Position numbers and translations under genes: made by a program. 64,000 nt of DNA from an uncultured Candidatus Binatia bacterium (GTDB lineage Bacteria; Desulfobacterota; Binatia; UBA9968; CAXXLF01), in assembly GCA_965218425.1 (NCBI GenBank), contig OZ244621.1, positions 2,048,001-2,112,000 on the forward strand, in the 5' to 3' direction. Below, one piece after another: positions 10,855 through 20,479 of the stretch (its first letter is position 1; each line of letters opens with the position of its first letter). The notes below the pieces were generated by a model that was given only the letters and a program-made list of their open reading frames with translations, was not told the DNA's origin and searched no databases.

Positions 10855-11592
10855 ATGCGCAAAGAACCTCATTTTACGCCGGAGAGCTTGCTCAGTCGGA
10901 TCAATTTTAAGCCTGGAAGTCTGGGAACAATGGCACTCATACCCGGTCCGAAGGAGCGGGCCAAGATGCTGCTCGAAAATCTGGAGAATCCTTGTAAGAG
11001 CTTTACTTTCTTGGATCATGAGATGCATACGGGTTCGTGCAACGGGAAACGGGTGACCGTGGGAAATGGTGGGCGCTATGCGGCTGACACGGCCATCACA
11101 ACGGAACTACTCTGTGCAGGCGGTGTTGAATCGCTCATTCGAATAGGCAGCTGTGGAGCCTTGAATAGGAATGTGAAGATTGGTGACCTTGTCATCGTGA
11201 CAGGAGCCATTCGCGGTGAAGGCACATCGCCCTATTACGTGCCGCAAAATTTTTCAACTGTCCCCCATCCGGAAATCGTCCAGGTGCTGACTGAAGCCGC
11301 CAAAGCATTTGAGGTCACGACACACCTGGGCTGGGTGTATACAACAGATGCTTTGTTTCAAGAAACTCCGGAGCTCATGGACGGATTGGAGCGGCAGGGC
11401 ATCTCTGCCATTGATATGGTTACGTCATCTTTTCTCACCGTCGCTCAAGTTCGTAACAAAAAGGCGGGTGCCATCATGGCTGTTTCCGACGAGTGTTTCA
11501 GCGGGAACTATGGATTTCGCGACCCACGTTTTATCGATGCGGAAAACAAGATGATGGATGTGGCCTTCAAGGCCATCCAACTCATGAGTTGA
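10855..11592 (+). CDS. Nucleoside phosphorylase (PNP/UDP family), divergent
   Basis: LIPGPKERA, LIRIGSCGAL, AIRGEGTSPYY, TTDALF, VSD; canonical EME replaced by DMV. Confidence 0.85.
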   Translation: MRKEPHFTPESLLSRINFKPGSLGTMALIPGPKERAKMLLENLENPCKSFTFLDHEMHTGSCNGKRVTVGNGGRYAADTAITTELLCAGGVESLIRIGSCGALNRNVKIGDLVIVTGAIRGEGTSPYYVPQNFSTVPHPEIVQVLTEAAKAFEVTTHLGWVYTTDALFQETPELMDGLERQGISAIDMVTSSFLTVAQVRNKKAGAIMAVSDECFSGNYGFRDPRFIDAENKMMDVAFKAIQLMS

Positions 11593-11598
11593 CACCCC

Positions 11599-13107
11599 AT
11601 GGAGCAAAAAAGCCCGTTGTTCGCACCGGTGATCTGGGAAGGCGATCACTTCAGGATACTGGACGAGACCCTTCTCCCTTGGGAAACACAATACGTTACG
11701 GTAAACGAGGTGAGCCAGGCCATTGGCGCCGTGAAGGAGATGAAGACGCGGGCATTTGGCCAGGTGTTAACTTTTCTTTACTCTGCCGCTTTGATGGCGC
11801 GAACCACGAAGGAACGAATCCCCGAAGAGCTTGGAGGCCGCCTCAAAGAATTAGCCAATCGATTTTCGGAAGCTCGCCCGACCTTTAACTTTAAAAGGCA
11901 TACCGTCTTCTTTGATGAGTGCTTGAAAGAATTCCCCGCTGGTGAGGAGGTGGGGACCTGGTTGGAAAACAAGATCCATGAACGGATCGCAACGATTCTT
12001 AAGGCCAGAGACGGTAGAGCGAAGAGGGTTGCCCAATTGCTACCCAGTTCCTGTCGGCTCATGACCCATTGCAATATCAGCGGTGAGCTGGTGGCCATAG
12101 GCGAGTACTGCAAAGCCATGGGAAAGGATTTTAATGTTATTGCGACGGAAACCCGACCCTATCTTCAAGGGTCCCGGCTGACCGCTTGGGAACTGGCTCA
12201 GTCCGGCATTGGCGTGAAATTGATCCCTGACTGTGCCACTGCGCAGGTCATGTCCAAAGGGGAGGTAGATGCGGTGCTTGTGGGTTCAGATCGATGCGCG
12301 CAAAACGGTGATATCGTCAATAAGGTGGGAACCTATCCCCTTGCCTTGATGGCGAAGGAATACGGTATCCCGTTTTACGCGCTGGTCCAGGATCCTGGCC
12401 ATTTACCCGCGGGTAGATATGTTTCCATTGAAGAGCGACCCGTGGCCGAGTTGCTTAACTTCCAGGGTCGTTCCATTACTCTCGAAGGGGTCCGGGGAAG
12501 ATATCCTGCCTTTGATGTAACCCCTGCGGTTCTCATCTCCTATATGATCCGTTATGACGGAGTCTACACACCCGCGAGCTTTAGGGAGAAGTTTCAGCAA
12601 GGCTCTTCAGAAGGGGGAATTGAAACGAGGGGCAAAAAGCGGCTAGTCATCGTTTACGGTGTCCCGCGCAGCGATGACTATGCCCAGCTTTCCCACACCC
12701 TCAGGGATGAACAGGCGGATGGTTTTTTAATACCCGAAATGCGCCCCCAACTTTGGGGGGCCCAGGAGGTTGCACGAGAACTCATACAACGGGGAATGTC
12801 CACCACCCTGATCTCAGATAATATGATGGGTATCTTCTTTGCCCAGAAAGAAATTCGATGTGTTTATCTCTTTTATCAAAAGCTTGATGAGATAGGACCG
12901 GTGGGAATTTGTGGATCTTTGCTGACCGCACGTCTTGCGCAGGTTCACGAAATACCCGTAAAGTTGCTCAGATCTGGAGAGACCCAACAGCGGCCATTGG
13001 ACGACACCGTGACCACTTTTGTGGGGAAACGGGTTTGCCCGGAAGGAGTATCGCCTTATCCCATTGAGAAAGAAAGGATACCCTGGGCCCTGTTAAAGAA
13101 TACTTGA
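11599..13107 (+). CDS. MtnA/eIF-2B family sugar-1-phosphate isomerase with an extra degenerate C-terminal domain
   Basis: THCN, ETRPYLQGSRLTAWEL, DRCAQNGDIVNKVGTY, IEER, PAFDVTP; extra ~160 aa containing EMRPQLWG...ELIQRGMSTTLISDN. Confidence 0.85.
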   Translation: MEQKSPLFAPVIWEGDHFRILDETLLPWETQYVTVNEVSQAIGAVKEMKTRAFGQVLTFLYSAALMARTTKERIPEELGGRLKELANRFSEARPTFNFKRHTVFFDECLKEFPAGEEVGTWLENKIHERIATILKARDGRAKRVAQLLPSSCRLMTHCNISGELVAIGEYCKAMGKDFNVIATETRPYLQGSRLTAWELAQSGIGVKLIPDCATAQVMSKGEVDAVLVGSDRCAQNGDIVNKVGTYPLALMAKEYGIPFYALVQDPGHLPAGRYVSIEERPVAELLNFQGRSITLEGVRGRYPAFDVTPAVLISYMIRYDGVYTPASFREKFQQGSSEGGIETRGKKRLVIVYGVPRSDDYAQLSHTLRDEQADGFLIPEMRPQLWGAQEVARELIQRGMSTTLISDNMMGIFFAQKEIRCVYLFYQKLDEIGPVGICGSLLTARLAQVHEIPVKLLRSGETQQRPLDDTVTTFVGKRVCPEGVSPYPIEKERIPWALLKNT

Positions 13108-13125
13108 AGCGGGGCTATCGTATTG

Positions 13126-13716
13126 ATGAACACTATAGAGCGTGACATCATTTATTGGGGGCGAAGCCTTTATGAGCGCAAGCTCATCACCGGTTGGGGC
13201 GGCAATATCAGCCGGCGTATGGGCAAGAATCGTTTCTTAATCACAGGAAGAAATTCCCCGCTGGGGTTTTTGACGCCAAAGGACCTGGTGGAGATCAATG
13301 GAGAAGGTGCGCCGGTGAAAAAGATTCAGACACCTTCCAGCGAATCTCCCCTTCACCTGGCGGTCTACAAAGAAACGGACGCCATGGCGGTGATCCACGT
13401 CCATCCACCCACCATCGTGGTGTTTTCTCTTGCTAACGAAAGCTTCATTCCCTTGAGTTGGGAGGAGAGGTACATCCTTAAGGAAATCCCCGTTGTGCCC
13501 CAGCACACCCCTACCGTGAAGGACCCGACTCAAGTGGTGGAAGTGATACGCAACCGCCCCATCGTCATCCTGAAAGGCCACGGGACGATTGCTCGAGGAA
13601 AGGATCTTAGGGATGCCTTTCTTCTGACCGATCTACTGGAGGGCGCGATCCACTGCCAGTTTTTGAAAGACGGGATGTCCTCGGAGGAACAGGGTTCTAT
13701 TGGGAAACAAGGTTAA
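13126..13716 (+). CDS. Class II aldolase/adducin family protein
   Basis: GGNIS, PSSESPLHLAVY, VIHVHP, LKGHG metal-binding motifs. Confidence 0.9.
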   Translation: MNTIERDIIYWGRSLYERKLITGWGGNISRRMGKNRFLITGRNSPLGFLTPKDLVEINGEGAPVKKIQTPSSESPLHLAVYKETDAMAVIHVHPPTIVVFSLANESFIPLSWEERYILKEIPVVPQHTPTVKDPTQVVEVIRNRPIVILKGHGTIARGKDLRDAFLLTDLLEGAIHCQFLKDGMSSEEQGSIGKQG

Positions 13717-13734
13717 TTGAGGGAGGATTTTACC

Positions 13735-15267
13735 ATGGCGATTGATTCCAACCAAGCGGGATTTTTTGTTGGAGAAATATTAGAGCATACTGCCAAGCGA
13801 TACCCGGACAAGACCGCATTGATTGCCAAGGAGGGGGAGTTGACCTTCTCGCAGGTGAATGAGAAAGCCAGTTGGATCGCAGGTCATCTGCAGGCGGAAG
13901 GGATCAAGCCGGGCGACCGTGTCGGTTTGTTCCTGCTCAACTCCATTGCCTTTGCCCTCTGCTACTACGCGATCCAAAGGATTGGAGCGGTCTCCGTAGT
14001 CTTGGATGCACGTCTAAAGGGAAAAGAGCTTTCCGGGGTTCTGCAGGATGCCGACCTGAATCTTTGTATTACCCACCAGCGTCTCATGCCTGAGATCTCG
14101 CCCATTGTGGCGGAGCTAAAAAAGGTCCCACTATGGGCGGTTGAGGGTGAAGGAGAGCAAGCGTTTGAAAAAAGACTATCGGCGCCACCAAAGAATCTTG
14201 TGCAGACCAAGATTACTCCCGACCAAGACGCGGTGATTCTTTACACCTCGGGGACCACAGGAGAGCCCAAAGGGGTGCTGTTGAGTTACGTTAACTTGAC
14301 TCAATTCCCCTATTGTATGGGCCAGGTTTGGAAGACCGACGAGAAGACCGTCTTGGGCTGCGTCCTCCCCATGTCACATATCTCGGGTCCCATCTACTGC
14401 AATGAGATCATCGACAAGGGAAGTACCATGGTCATCTTCGACCAGATGAATCCCATGACCCTATTGGAAGGAATTCAAAAGCACCGGGTCACCTTCTTCC
14501 ATGGCATCCCTATAATCTTCCAGCTCCTCTTAGGTGTCCCCAATCTGAAATCCTATGACACCAGCAGCGTTGAGATCGTTGGCATGATGGGAATGTCGGT
14601 CCCGTTGCCGCTCATGCGTGCCTTCAAGGGCGCACAACCTCACATTAAAGCGATGCAGGGTTACGGTCTCACGGAAACTTCGCCTCTGATAACGGGCACT
14701 GAAATTCCAGACGCGGATCAAAAACTGGGCAGCATCGGTAAACCGGTTCCTGGAATTGAAGTAAGGATCATCAATGAAAAAGGTGATGACGTAGGTGAGG
14801 GAGAGGAAGGAGAGATTATTACTCGGGGTCCACATGTGATGAAAGGGTACTTCCGCAAAGCCGACGCCTCAGCGGAGAGAATACGCAAAGGGTGGCTCTA
14901 CACCGGCGATATCGCAAGGCGCGAAGGGGACGGCTATTTTTATCACCTGGGAAGAAAGGACGACATGATCATTACCGGGGGGATGAACGTCTATCCGGCC
15001 GATGTTGAGAACATATTGTATGAATTCCCACAGGTGCAGGAGGCAGTGGTTTTTCCCATTCCGGAGCCCAAGAGAGGAAACGTCATTGGAGCGGCCGTGG
15101 TGCCGCGCCAGGGACAGTCCCCAAATGCAAAAGAGATTCTTGCCTATTTGCGTTCGAATCTGGCGGCTTTTAAGGTGCCTCAAGAGGTGAAGATCCGTGA
15201 GTCCCTGCCCCGAACCTCCACCGGCAAAGTCATTCGAGATGCCTCCGTGCTGCTCTCGGACGGCTAG
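13735..15267 (+). CDS. AMP-forming acyl-CoA synthetase (ANL superfamily)
   Basis: YTSGTTGEPKG, QGYGLTETSP, TGD, GRKDDMI, LPRTSTGKV; GGAGG RBS before ATG 13735. Confidence 0.9.
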   Translation: MAIDSNQAGFFVGEILEHTAKRYPDKTALIAKEGELTFSQVNEKASWIAGHLQAEGIKPGDRVGLFLLNSIAFALCYYAIQRIGAVSVVLDARLKGKELSGVLQDADLNLCITHQRLMPEISPIVAELKKVPLWAVEGEGEQAFEKRLSAPPKNLVQTKITPDQDAVILYTSGTTGEPKGVLLSYVNLTQFPYCMGQVWKTDEKTVLGCVLPMSHISGPIYCNEIIDKGSTMVIFDQMNPMTLLEGIQKHRVTFFHGIPIIFQLLLGVPNLKSYDTSSVEIVGMMGMSVPLPLMRAFKGAQPHIKAMQGYGLTETSPLITGTEIPDADQKLGSIGKPVPGIEVRIINEKGDDVGEGEEGEIITRGPHVMKGYFRKADASAERIRKGWLYTGDIARREGDGYFYHLGRKDDMIITGGMNVYPADVENILYEFPQVQEAVVFPIPEPKRGNVIGAAVVPRQGQSPNAKEILAYLRSNLAAFKVPQEVKIRESLPRTSTGKVIRDASVLLSDG

Positions 15268-15424
15268 GGGCGTTCAGTTGCTTCGAAGGGACTTGATGAG
15301 CCGAAGGAGAGACTTTTCGTGTAACCAAATTGGGTCATGGTAGAACGGAGTCGGATAGATAATGCTGTCTATCTATATGGATGCCCCGCGAACGTATACA
15401 CGAGTCGGCTCGATGGCTGGTTAC

Positions 15425-15511
15425 CTACAGCTCTGGGACGGCTCTGGCAGCATGCCAGACTCTGGTAATTTCAATTATCTGTTCTTCGGGCTTGATTCTG
15501 TACACGATTCG
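15425..15511 (-). pseudogene. RelE/ParE toxin C-terminal remnant
   Basis: Manual translation RIVYRIKPEEQIIEITRVWHAARAVPEL*; in-frame TAA two codons upstream and no start codon. Confidence 0.65.
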
Positions 15512-15624
15512 ACTTTACCATTTCGCGGTCGCACGGCAAGACACAGGATGTCCACCGGCTCCTCAGTCGCCGCCGTTCTATCCAGGGTATTCCAATGCCG
15601 TGGGGTGAGTTTCTCGCACGGGGT

Positions 15625-16650
15625 TTACAGGGGAGGCTTTGATTCCGGGGAGGGAGATTCATCCTGCGAGGTGTTAACGAGTGCTCTTCGTCTCAAACGT
15701 GCGACCTTTTCGCGCGGTTCCCTGATATTCTCGCGGATGCCAAGCCAATTCCATTGATCCGGATACTGACGAACCATCTTCTCCAGGTGGCCTGAAAACA
15801 GGGTTACATTGGCCGTCACATCCTCCCGTAAAGCTCCCGTCTGCTGAAGTTGAAATTCAGGACTAATCTGCAGGGTCAGCCGGTTCTCTTGGTCACGGGT
15901 CATAAACATCGGTAAGAGTGATGCGCCAGCGCGCATGGCTAAAGTCACCGGACCTCGTGGGACAGGAAAACGCTGGCCAAATATCTCCACTTCGGGTCCA
16001 CTGGTTTTCAACTCGTCCGCAATCATGAGGACCACTTCATTTGCTTTTAATGCTCTAAGTACCTCTTGAACCGCCTGCCTGCGGGGCCGTGCCGAGATGG
16101 TTTTGATCCTTACCCGATGGCGGAGATCGTCCATCAAACGAGCAAACCCCTGATCCTTTGATTGCTTCACCACCACATTGAATGGGTATCCTTCCGCTTC
16201 GAGACGGGTACCGATCAATGTAAAGGTTCCCAGATGAGCGCTCAGCGCGATGACTCCCTTCTTTTTTTCCAGAGCTCGTTTTAGGTGTTTCTCTCCCACA
16301 AGGGTAACCGTAGAGCGAATCCTCTCTTTGGGGGCATCAATAGCCATGGCCGTTTCTTGAATTCCCCGGGCAAAGTTCCGCCATGCCTTGCGCACTAGTT
16401 CTTTTCTCTCCTTTCCGGTTGGAAACTCTTTACTCATGACAATGGAAAGATTTTGTTCCATTCGCTTTGGGTATTTCCAAAGAAGATGGGCTGTAAGGTT
16501 GGCCCCAACTCGAATGAATGTAGATAGAACGCTTTGCGGGGTCCAGGGGAGTAGCCGAACAAACCCCCTTACAAAGAATTCCCCTATTCGATATCGCAAC
16601 CAATAGGAATAATTTCGCAGCCCTTTTTTGATTTTAGTGGGTTGGGCCAT
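15625..16650 (-). CDS. Lipid A lauroyl/lysophospholipid acyltransferase (LpxL/HtrB family)
   Basis: ALSAHLGTF, MIADE, YPDQWNW motifs. Confidence 0.85.
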   Translation of the reverse strand: MAQPTKIKKGLRNYSYWLRYRIGEFFVRGFVRLLPWTPQSVLSTFIRVGANLTAHLLWKYPKRMEQNLSIVMSKEFPTGKERKELVRKAWRNFARGIQETAMAIDAPKERIRSTVTLVGEKHLKRALEKKKGVIALSAHLGTFTLIGTRLEAEGYPFNVVVKQSKDQGFARLMDDLRHRVRIKTISARPRRQAVQEVLRALKANEVVLMIADELKTSGPEVEIFGQRFPVPRGPVTLAMRAGASLLPMFMTRDQENRLTLQISPEFQLQQTGALREDVTANVTLFSGHLEKMVRQYPDQWNWLGIRENIREPREKVARLRRRALVNTSQDESPSPESKPPL

Positions 16651-16695
16651 GTGTAATAGGTTGGATCTTACGAAGGAATTTGGTGAATCTTAGTG

Positions 16696-16729
16696 AAAGG
16701 CGGTGGCCAAACTTCTCCACCGCCTTTTT
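16696..16729. terminator. Intrinsic terminator hairpin
   Basis: AAAGGCGGTGG...CCACCGCCTTTTT just downstream of the minus-strand operon end at 16747. Confidence 0.65.
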
Positions 16730-16746
16730 GATTTGGTTAATCCGCC

Positions 16747-17202
16747 TTACCGGCCTGCCGCTTTACGAATTCTCCGCACAGAACCGCGGGACACAAGGGA
16801 GCTCTTTTTCCGCCCCCTTTTCTGAGCCAATCGATAGACCTGAGCCTTGGGGCGTTTGGTCACATTTTTCTCTTTCCACCGCTGGAGCCCCTCTCGGATG
16901 TACGTGGGATTCAGACCAAGGGACTCACAGATATTGTCAAAGGAAAAGAGCCACTCGGTGGTCTCCGCGCTAATCCACTGTTCCGCCTCCCGCAACAGGC
17001 TCTTCCCGCGAGCGTCTCGAGTGAACGCGTACTTCTGAAAACAGGCCACCGCATCTTCCAGGACGGACAGCATGAGCTTTTTTTCCGGCTCTAGGTGCGT
17101 CTTCCTGCGGACGGTCTCAAGGTACTGGGCTGGAAGGACCGTGTCAGGTTGAAACAGAGAGGCTACCTTCTCTTCCAAGCTCAGGCTTGATTCATATGTC
17201 AT
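16747..17202 (-). CDS. Hypothetical protein with basic C-terminal tail
   Basis: Protein-like ORF (LMLSVLEDAV...FSFDNICESLGLNPTYIR) with an AGGGAG RBS, followed by a terminator. Confidence 0.75.
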   Translation of the reverse strand: MTYESSLSLEEKVASLFQPDTVLPAQYLETVRRKTHLEPEKKLMLSVLEDAVACFQKYAFTRDARGKSLLREAEQWISAETTEWLFSFDNICESLGLNPTYIREGLQRWKEKNVTKRPKAQVYRLAQKRGRKKSSLVSRGSVRRIRKAAGR

Positions 17203-17260
17203 AAAAACCACCTCCCTTTCGGCTACGGCCTGTCAGCAATTAATTCTCCAAGGGGCCGTT

Positions 17261-17644
17261 TCATGCCGCATTCGAAAGAGAAGCCGACGACAGCGCCCCG
17301 GAGGGAGTCAGCTTCGCATCTGCTAAGGTCGTACGCGCAAAAGTATCGATTATTTTTCGTTGGATCTCACTCCAGACCACTAATCCGGTGTATGGTTCGT
17401 CCATAAGAACGTTGAGGGTGATTTTGTGGTTGGGTCGCGCCAGGCTATAACCTCCATCATCGAAGCCGCGTTTGGATTTGACCAGTCCACTACGAGTCAG
17501 GTTTTGGATGATCTTTCCCAGGAATTTCCTTGGGAGACCTTGGTTCTCAGCGATTTCCCCGCTGGAGCGCTTCTTTTCCCGGTCCTGAGCGGCAAGGCAG
17601 GTCGCCGCACGTATGGCGTAATCTACTTTTCGAGGAATCTGCAT
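17261..17644 (-). CDS. Rrf2/IscR family regulator, apparently internally deleted
   Basis: VDYAIRA, FLGKIIQNL, LVKSKRG...GGYSLARP; the segment that normally carries the Cys ligands is missing. Confidence 0.75.
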   Translation of the reverse strand: MQIPRKVDYAIRAATCLAAQDREKKRSSGEIAENQGLPRKFLGKIIQNLTRSGLVKSKRGFDDGGYSLARPNHKITLNVLMDEPYTGLVVWSEIQRKIIDTFARTTLADAKLTPSGALSSASLSNAA

Positions 17645-17657
17645 GAACCCCATAGAA

Positions 17658-18851
17658 TTACCTCGTGGCCCCCACTGCCCTTGCCTGATCACCCACCTTC
17701 CCCAACGTTGAAAGACCCTGTAACCTTTTGACGATTCCCGGCATCTTTTCGTTTACAAAATCCACTTCTTCCACTGTATTATAGCGGCTCAGACTGAATC
17801 GCACCGCTCCTTGAATCCATGTGGGTGGCACCCCCATGGCCCTCAAGACATGTGATGGCTCCACCGATCCGGCCGTGCAGGCAGAGCCGGTGGAAGCGCA
17901 AATCCCGAATTCATCAAGAAGAACCAAAATTGCTTCTCCTTCCAAGAATTCAAGGCTCACGTTGAGCGTATTGGGAAGCCGCTCCCCTCGATGACCGTTG
18001 ACCCGGCAACCCACACTCGACACCAAGGACTTTTCCAATCGATCACGCAGGGCCTGCACCTGTTTCGTTTCTTTTGCAAGATTCTTGCGAGCCAGTTCGG
18101 CTGCCTCCGCCATTCCTATGATGCTTGCCACGTTCTCAGTCCCGGCCCTACGGTCCCGTTCCTGATGCCCGCCCACAATAAACGGACGGAAGGTGATACC
18201 CCTTTTTACATAAATGGCGCCCACCCCTTTGGGGGCGTGAAATTTGTGACCCGATAGGGTGAGCAAATCCACCGGACTATTTTTCACATTCAAAGGGATT
18301 TTTCCCGCCGCCTGCACCGCATCCACATGAAAGGGTATCCCTTTGGCCTTGGCAATCTCGCCCACGGCTTCAAAGGGGAAAATGACTCCGGTCTCATTGT
18401 TGGCGGCCATGACGGAAACGAGTGCCGTGTCGTCGCTCAAGGAATCCTTGAGTTCGTCCAGATCCAACACCCCATCCCCATCCACGTGAAGCCAGGTCAC
18501 GCGATATCCCTTCTTTTCGAGCTGCTGACAAAGACCAAAGACAGCGGGATGCTCCACCTGGGTCGTGACGATGTGGCGTTTTTCCGGGCGTGATTCGAGA
18601 ATGCCTCGGATGGCGGCGTTGTCGCCTTCAGTGCCACAACTGGTGAAAACCACCTCGATGGGATCAGAGGCCCCCAATAAAGCCGCTATTTTTTCCCTTG
18701 CCGCTTGAATCCTTCGCCCCACCTCGCTACCAAAACTATGGATGCTGGACGGGTTACCGTAAAGTTCCGTTAGGTACGGCTTCATGGCCTCAAAGGCCTC
18801 AGGCGCCACCCGTGTGGTGGCGTTATTGTCGAAATAGATTTGAGATCCCAT
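17658..18851 (-). CDS. nifS: Cysteine desulfurase NifS
   Basis: YFDNNATT, FTSCGTE, SGHKFHAPKG, STGSAC. Confidence 0.92.
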   Translation of the reverse strand: MGSQIYFDNNATTRVAPEAFEAMKPYLTELYGNPSSIHSFGSEVGRRIQAAREKIAALLGASDPIEVVFTSCGTEGDNAAIRGILESRPEKRHIVTTQVEHPAVFGLCQQLEKKGYRVTWLHVDGDGVLDLDELKDSLSDDTALVSVMAANNETGVIFPFEAVGEIAKAKGIPFHVDAVQAAGKIPLNVKNSPVDLLTLSGHKFHAPKGVGAIYVKRGITFRPFIVGGHQERDRRAGTENVASIIGMAEAAELARKNLAKETKQVQALRDRLEKSLVSSVGCRVNGHRGERLPNTLNVSLEFLEGEAILVLLDEFGICASTGSACTAGSVEPSHVLRAMGVPPTWIQGAVRFSLSRYNTVEEVDFVNEKMPGIVKRLQGLSTLGKVGDQARAVGATR

Positions 18852-18871
18852 AGGACTCCGGTTGCCCTACT

Positions 18872-19201
18872 CTAAACGGCAAATGAAGACCCACAACCGC
18901 AGGTCCGCTTTACATTTGGATTTTGGAAGACAAATCCCGATTGCATCAGGGTTTCCTGATATTCCAGTTCCGTACCCGTTAAATAGAGGAGGCTCTTTGT
19001 ATCAACGATGACCTTGGCGCCGGCATTTTCGAAAACGCGATCACCGGGTTTTGGGTTGTCGAAATCCAGCTTATAGTGAAGACCCGAGCATCCCCCGCCC
19101 ACAACTTTGACGCGCAACCCCTGGTCTTCTTTATTTTCAGAGACCATCATTCGTTTTATTTTGTCGGCAGCTTTATCGCTGATGGTAACTGCGGCTGACA
19201 T
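18872..19201 (-). CDS. iscA: A-type Fe-S carrier (IscA/HesB)
   Basis: GGGCSG and CGCGSSF motifs. Confidence 0.92.
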   Translation of the reverse strand: MSAAVTISDKAADKIKRMMVSENKEDQGLRVKVVGGGCSGLHYKLDFDNPKPGDRVFENAGAKVIVDTKSLLYLTGTELEYQETLMQSGFVFQNPNVKRTCGCGSSFAV

Positions 19202-19228
19202 ACCTAGGGCCTCCTGTGGAACGAGAGT

Positions 19229-20461
19229 CTAAAGGGTCCCTTCCTGTAGTTTCGAATTAGCTGCCCGATGCTTCGAAACATCCGGCTTCGCCCCGCCAAA
19301 AGGCGAGGACAAATCACGCAAGCGCGAGACTTCTTGTGCTACCCGGTCAATGGTGTAATCCACTTCTTCTTCGGTATTAAATCGGCCAAGGCCAAAACGG
19401 ATGGAGGCGTTGGCCAGGTCTTCCTTGACCCCCAAGGCCCGAAGTACATGGGAAGGTTCAAACACCGCCGAGGTGCAGGTGGAACCCGAGGAGACTGCAA
19501 TCTCCTTTAAACCCATCAGTAAAGATTCTCCATCCACACCTGCAAAACTCATATTCAGGTTGCCGGGGAGACGGTGAGTGGTGTCCCCATTGAGAAACAC
19601 CCCGTCAAGCCGGCTAAATATCCCTTCCTTAAGCCTCTCCCTCAAACGGTTGAGGAGAGGTCCTTCGTCCGCCATTTGATCTTGGGCCAATTGGCAGGCC
19701 TTACCGAATCCGATGATGCCGGGGACATTCAGAGTTCCGGAACGCACCCCCTTTTCATGTCCGCCGCCATGGATGATCGGGGTGATACGGATCCTTGGTT
19801 GTTTTGCCCTTACATATAGAGCGCCAATTCCTTTCGGGCCATAGATCTTGTGTGCTGAGAAGGATAATAGATCGATTCCCATTTCGGTTACGTCCATGGG
19901 AATTTTTCCTACTCCCTGGGTTGCATCGCAATGGAAGATAACACCTCTTTCCTTAGCGATTCGTCCAATCTCTGCCAAGGGATGGATCGTTCCTATCTCG
20001 TTGTTTGCCGCCATGATAGAGATAAGAATGGTGTTTCCCTTGATTGCTTCACGTAACCTTTCCTTATCCACGAAACCAGAGGAATCCACAGGGAGATAGG
20101 TAACCTTATAACCCTGTCCCTCCAACGCCTTGCAACTGTCCAAAACCGCTTTGTGCTCCGTGGCACAGGTTACGATATGGTTTCCTTTCTCCTTGTATGA
20201 CTCTGCAATTCCAATGATGGCTAAGTTGTCCGACTCAGTAGCTCCACTGGTGAAAACGATTTCCTGGGGAGACGATGCGCCTATTAGCTGTGCAATTTGC
20301 TCTCTTGCCTCATCAACTCCGGCCTCAGCCTCCCAACCAAACTGATGGTTTCGACTTGCGGCATTGCCAAACCTATCACAAAAATAGGGCAGCATTTCAT
20401 CCAACACCCTAGAATCAACCGGGGTAGTTGCATGATTATCCATATATACAGGTATCTTCAC
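19229..20461 (-). CDS. iscS: Cysteine desulfurase IscS
   Basis: [40 protein letters not shown] start at 20461. Confidence 0.92.
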   Translation of the reverse strand: MKIPVYMDNHATTPVDSRVLDEMLPYFCDRFGNAASRNHQFGWEAEAGVDEAREQIAQLIGASSPQEIVFTSGATESDNLAIIGIAESYKEKGNHIVTCATEHKAVLDSCKALEGQGYKVTYLPVDSSGFVDKERLREAIKGNTILISIMAANNEIGTIHPLAEIGRIAKERGVIFHCDATQGVGKIPMDVTEMGIDLLSFSAHKIYGPKGIGALYVRAKQPRIRITPIIHGGGHEKGVRSGTLNVPGIIGFGKACQLAQDQMADEGPLLNRLRERLKEGIFSRLDGVFLNGDTTHRLPGNLNMSFAGVDGESLLMGLKEIAVSSGSTCTSAVFEPSHVLRALGVKEDLANASIRFGLGRFNTEEEVDYTIDRVAQEVSRLRDLSSPFGGAKPDVSKHRAANSKLQEGTL

Positions 20462-20479
20462 CGTATCTTCCCCCCTGCT

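Noticed and set aside
11599..13716. Labelling these genes as canonical methionine-salvage mtnA/mtnB
   Set aside because: Altered motifs, an extra domain, no mtnK/mtnP/mtnCDE nearby, and the aldolase looks FucA/Ald2-like.
15601..15610. 10-bp match to the tRNA-His 3' end as an att site
   Set aside because: Inverted, 37 kb away and separated by core genes; consistent with chance.
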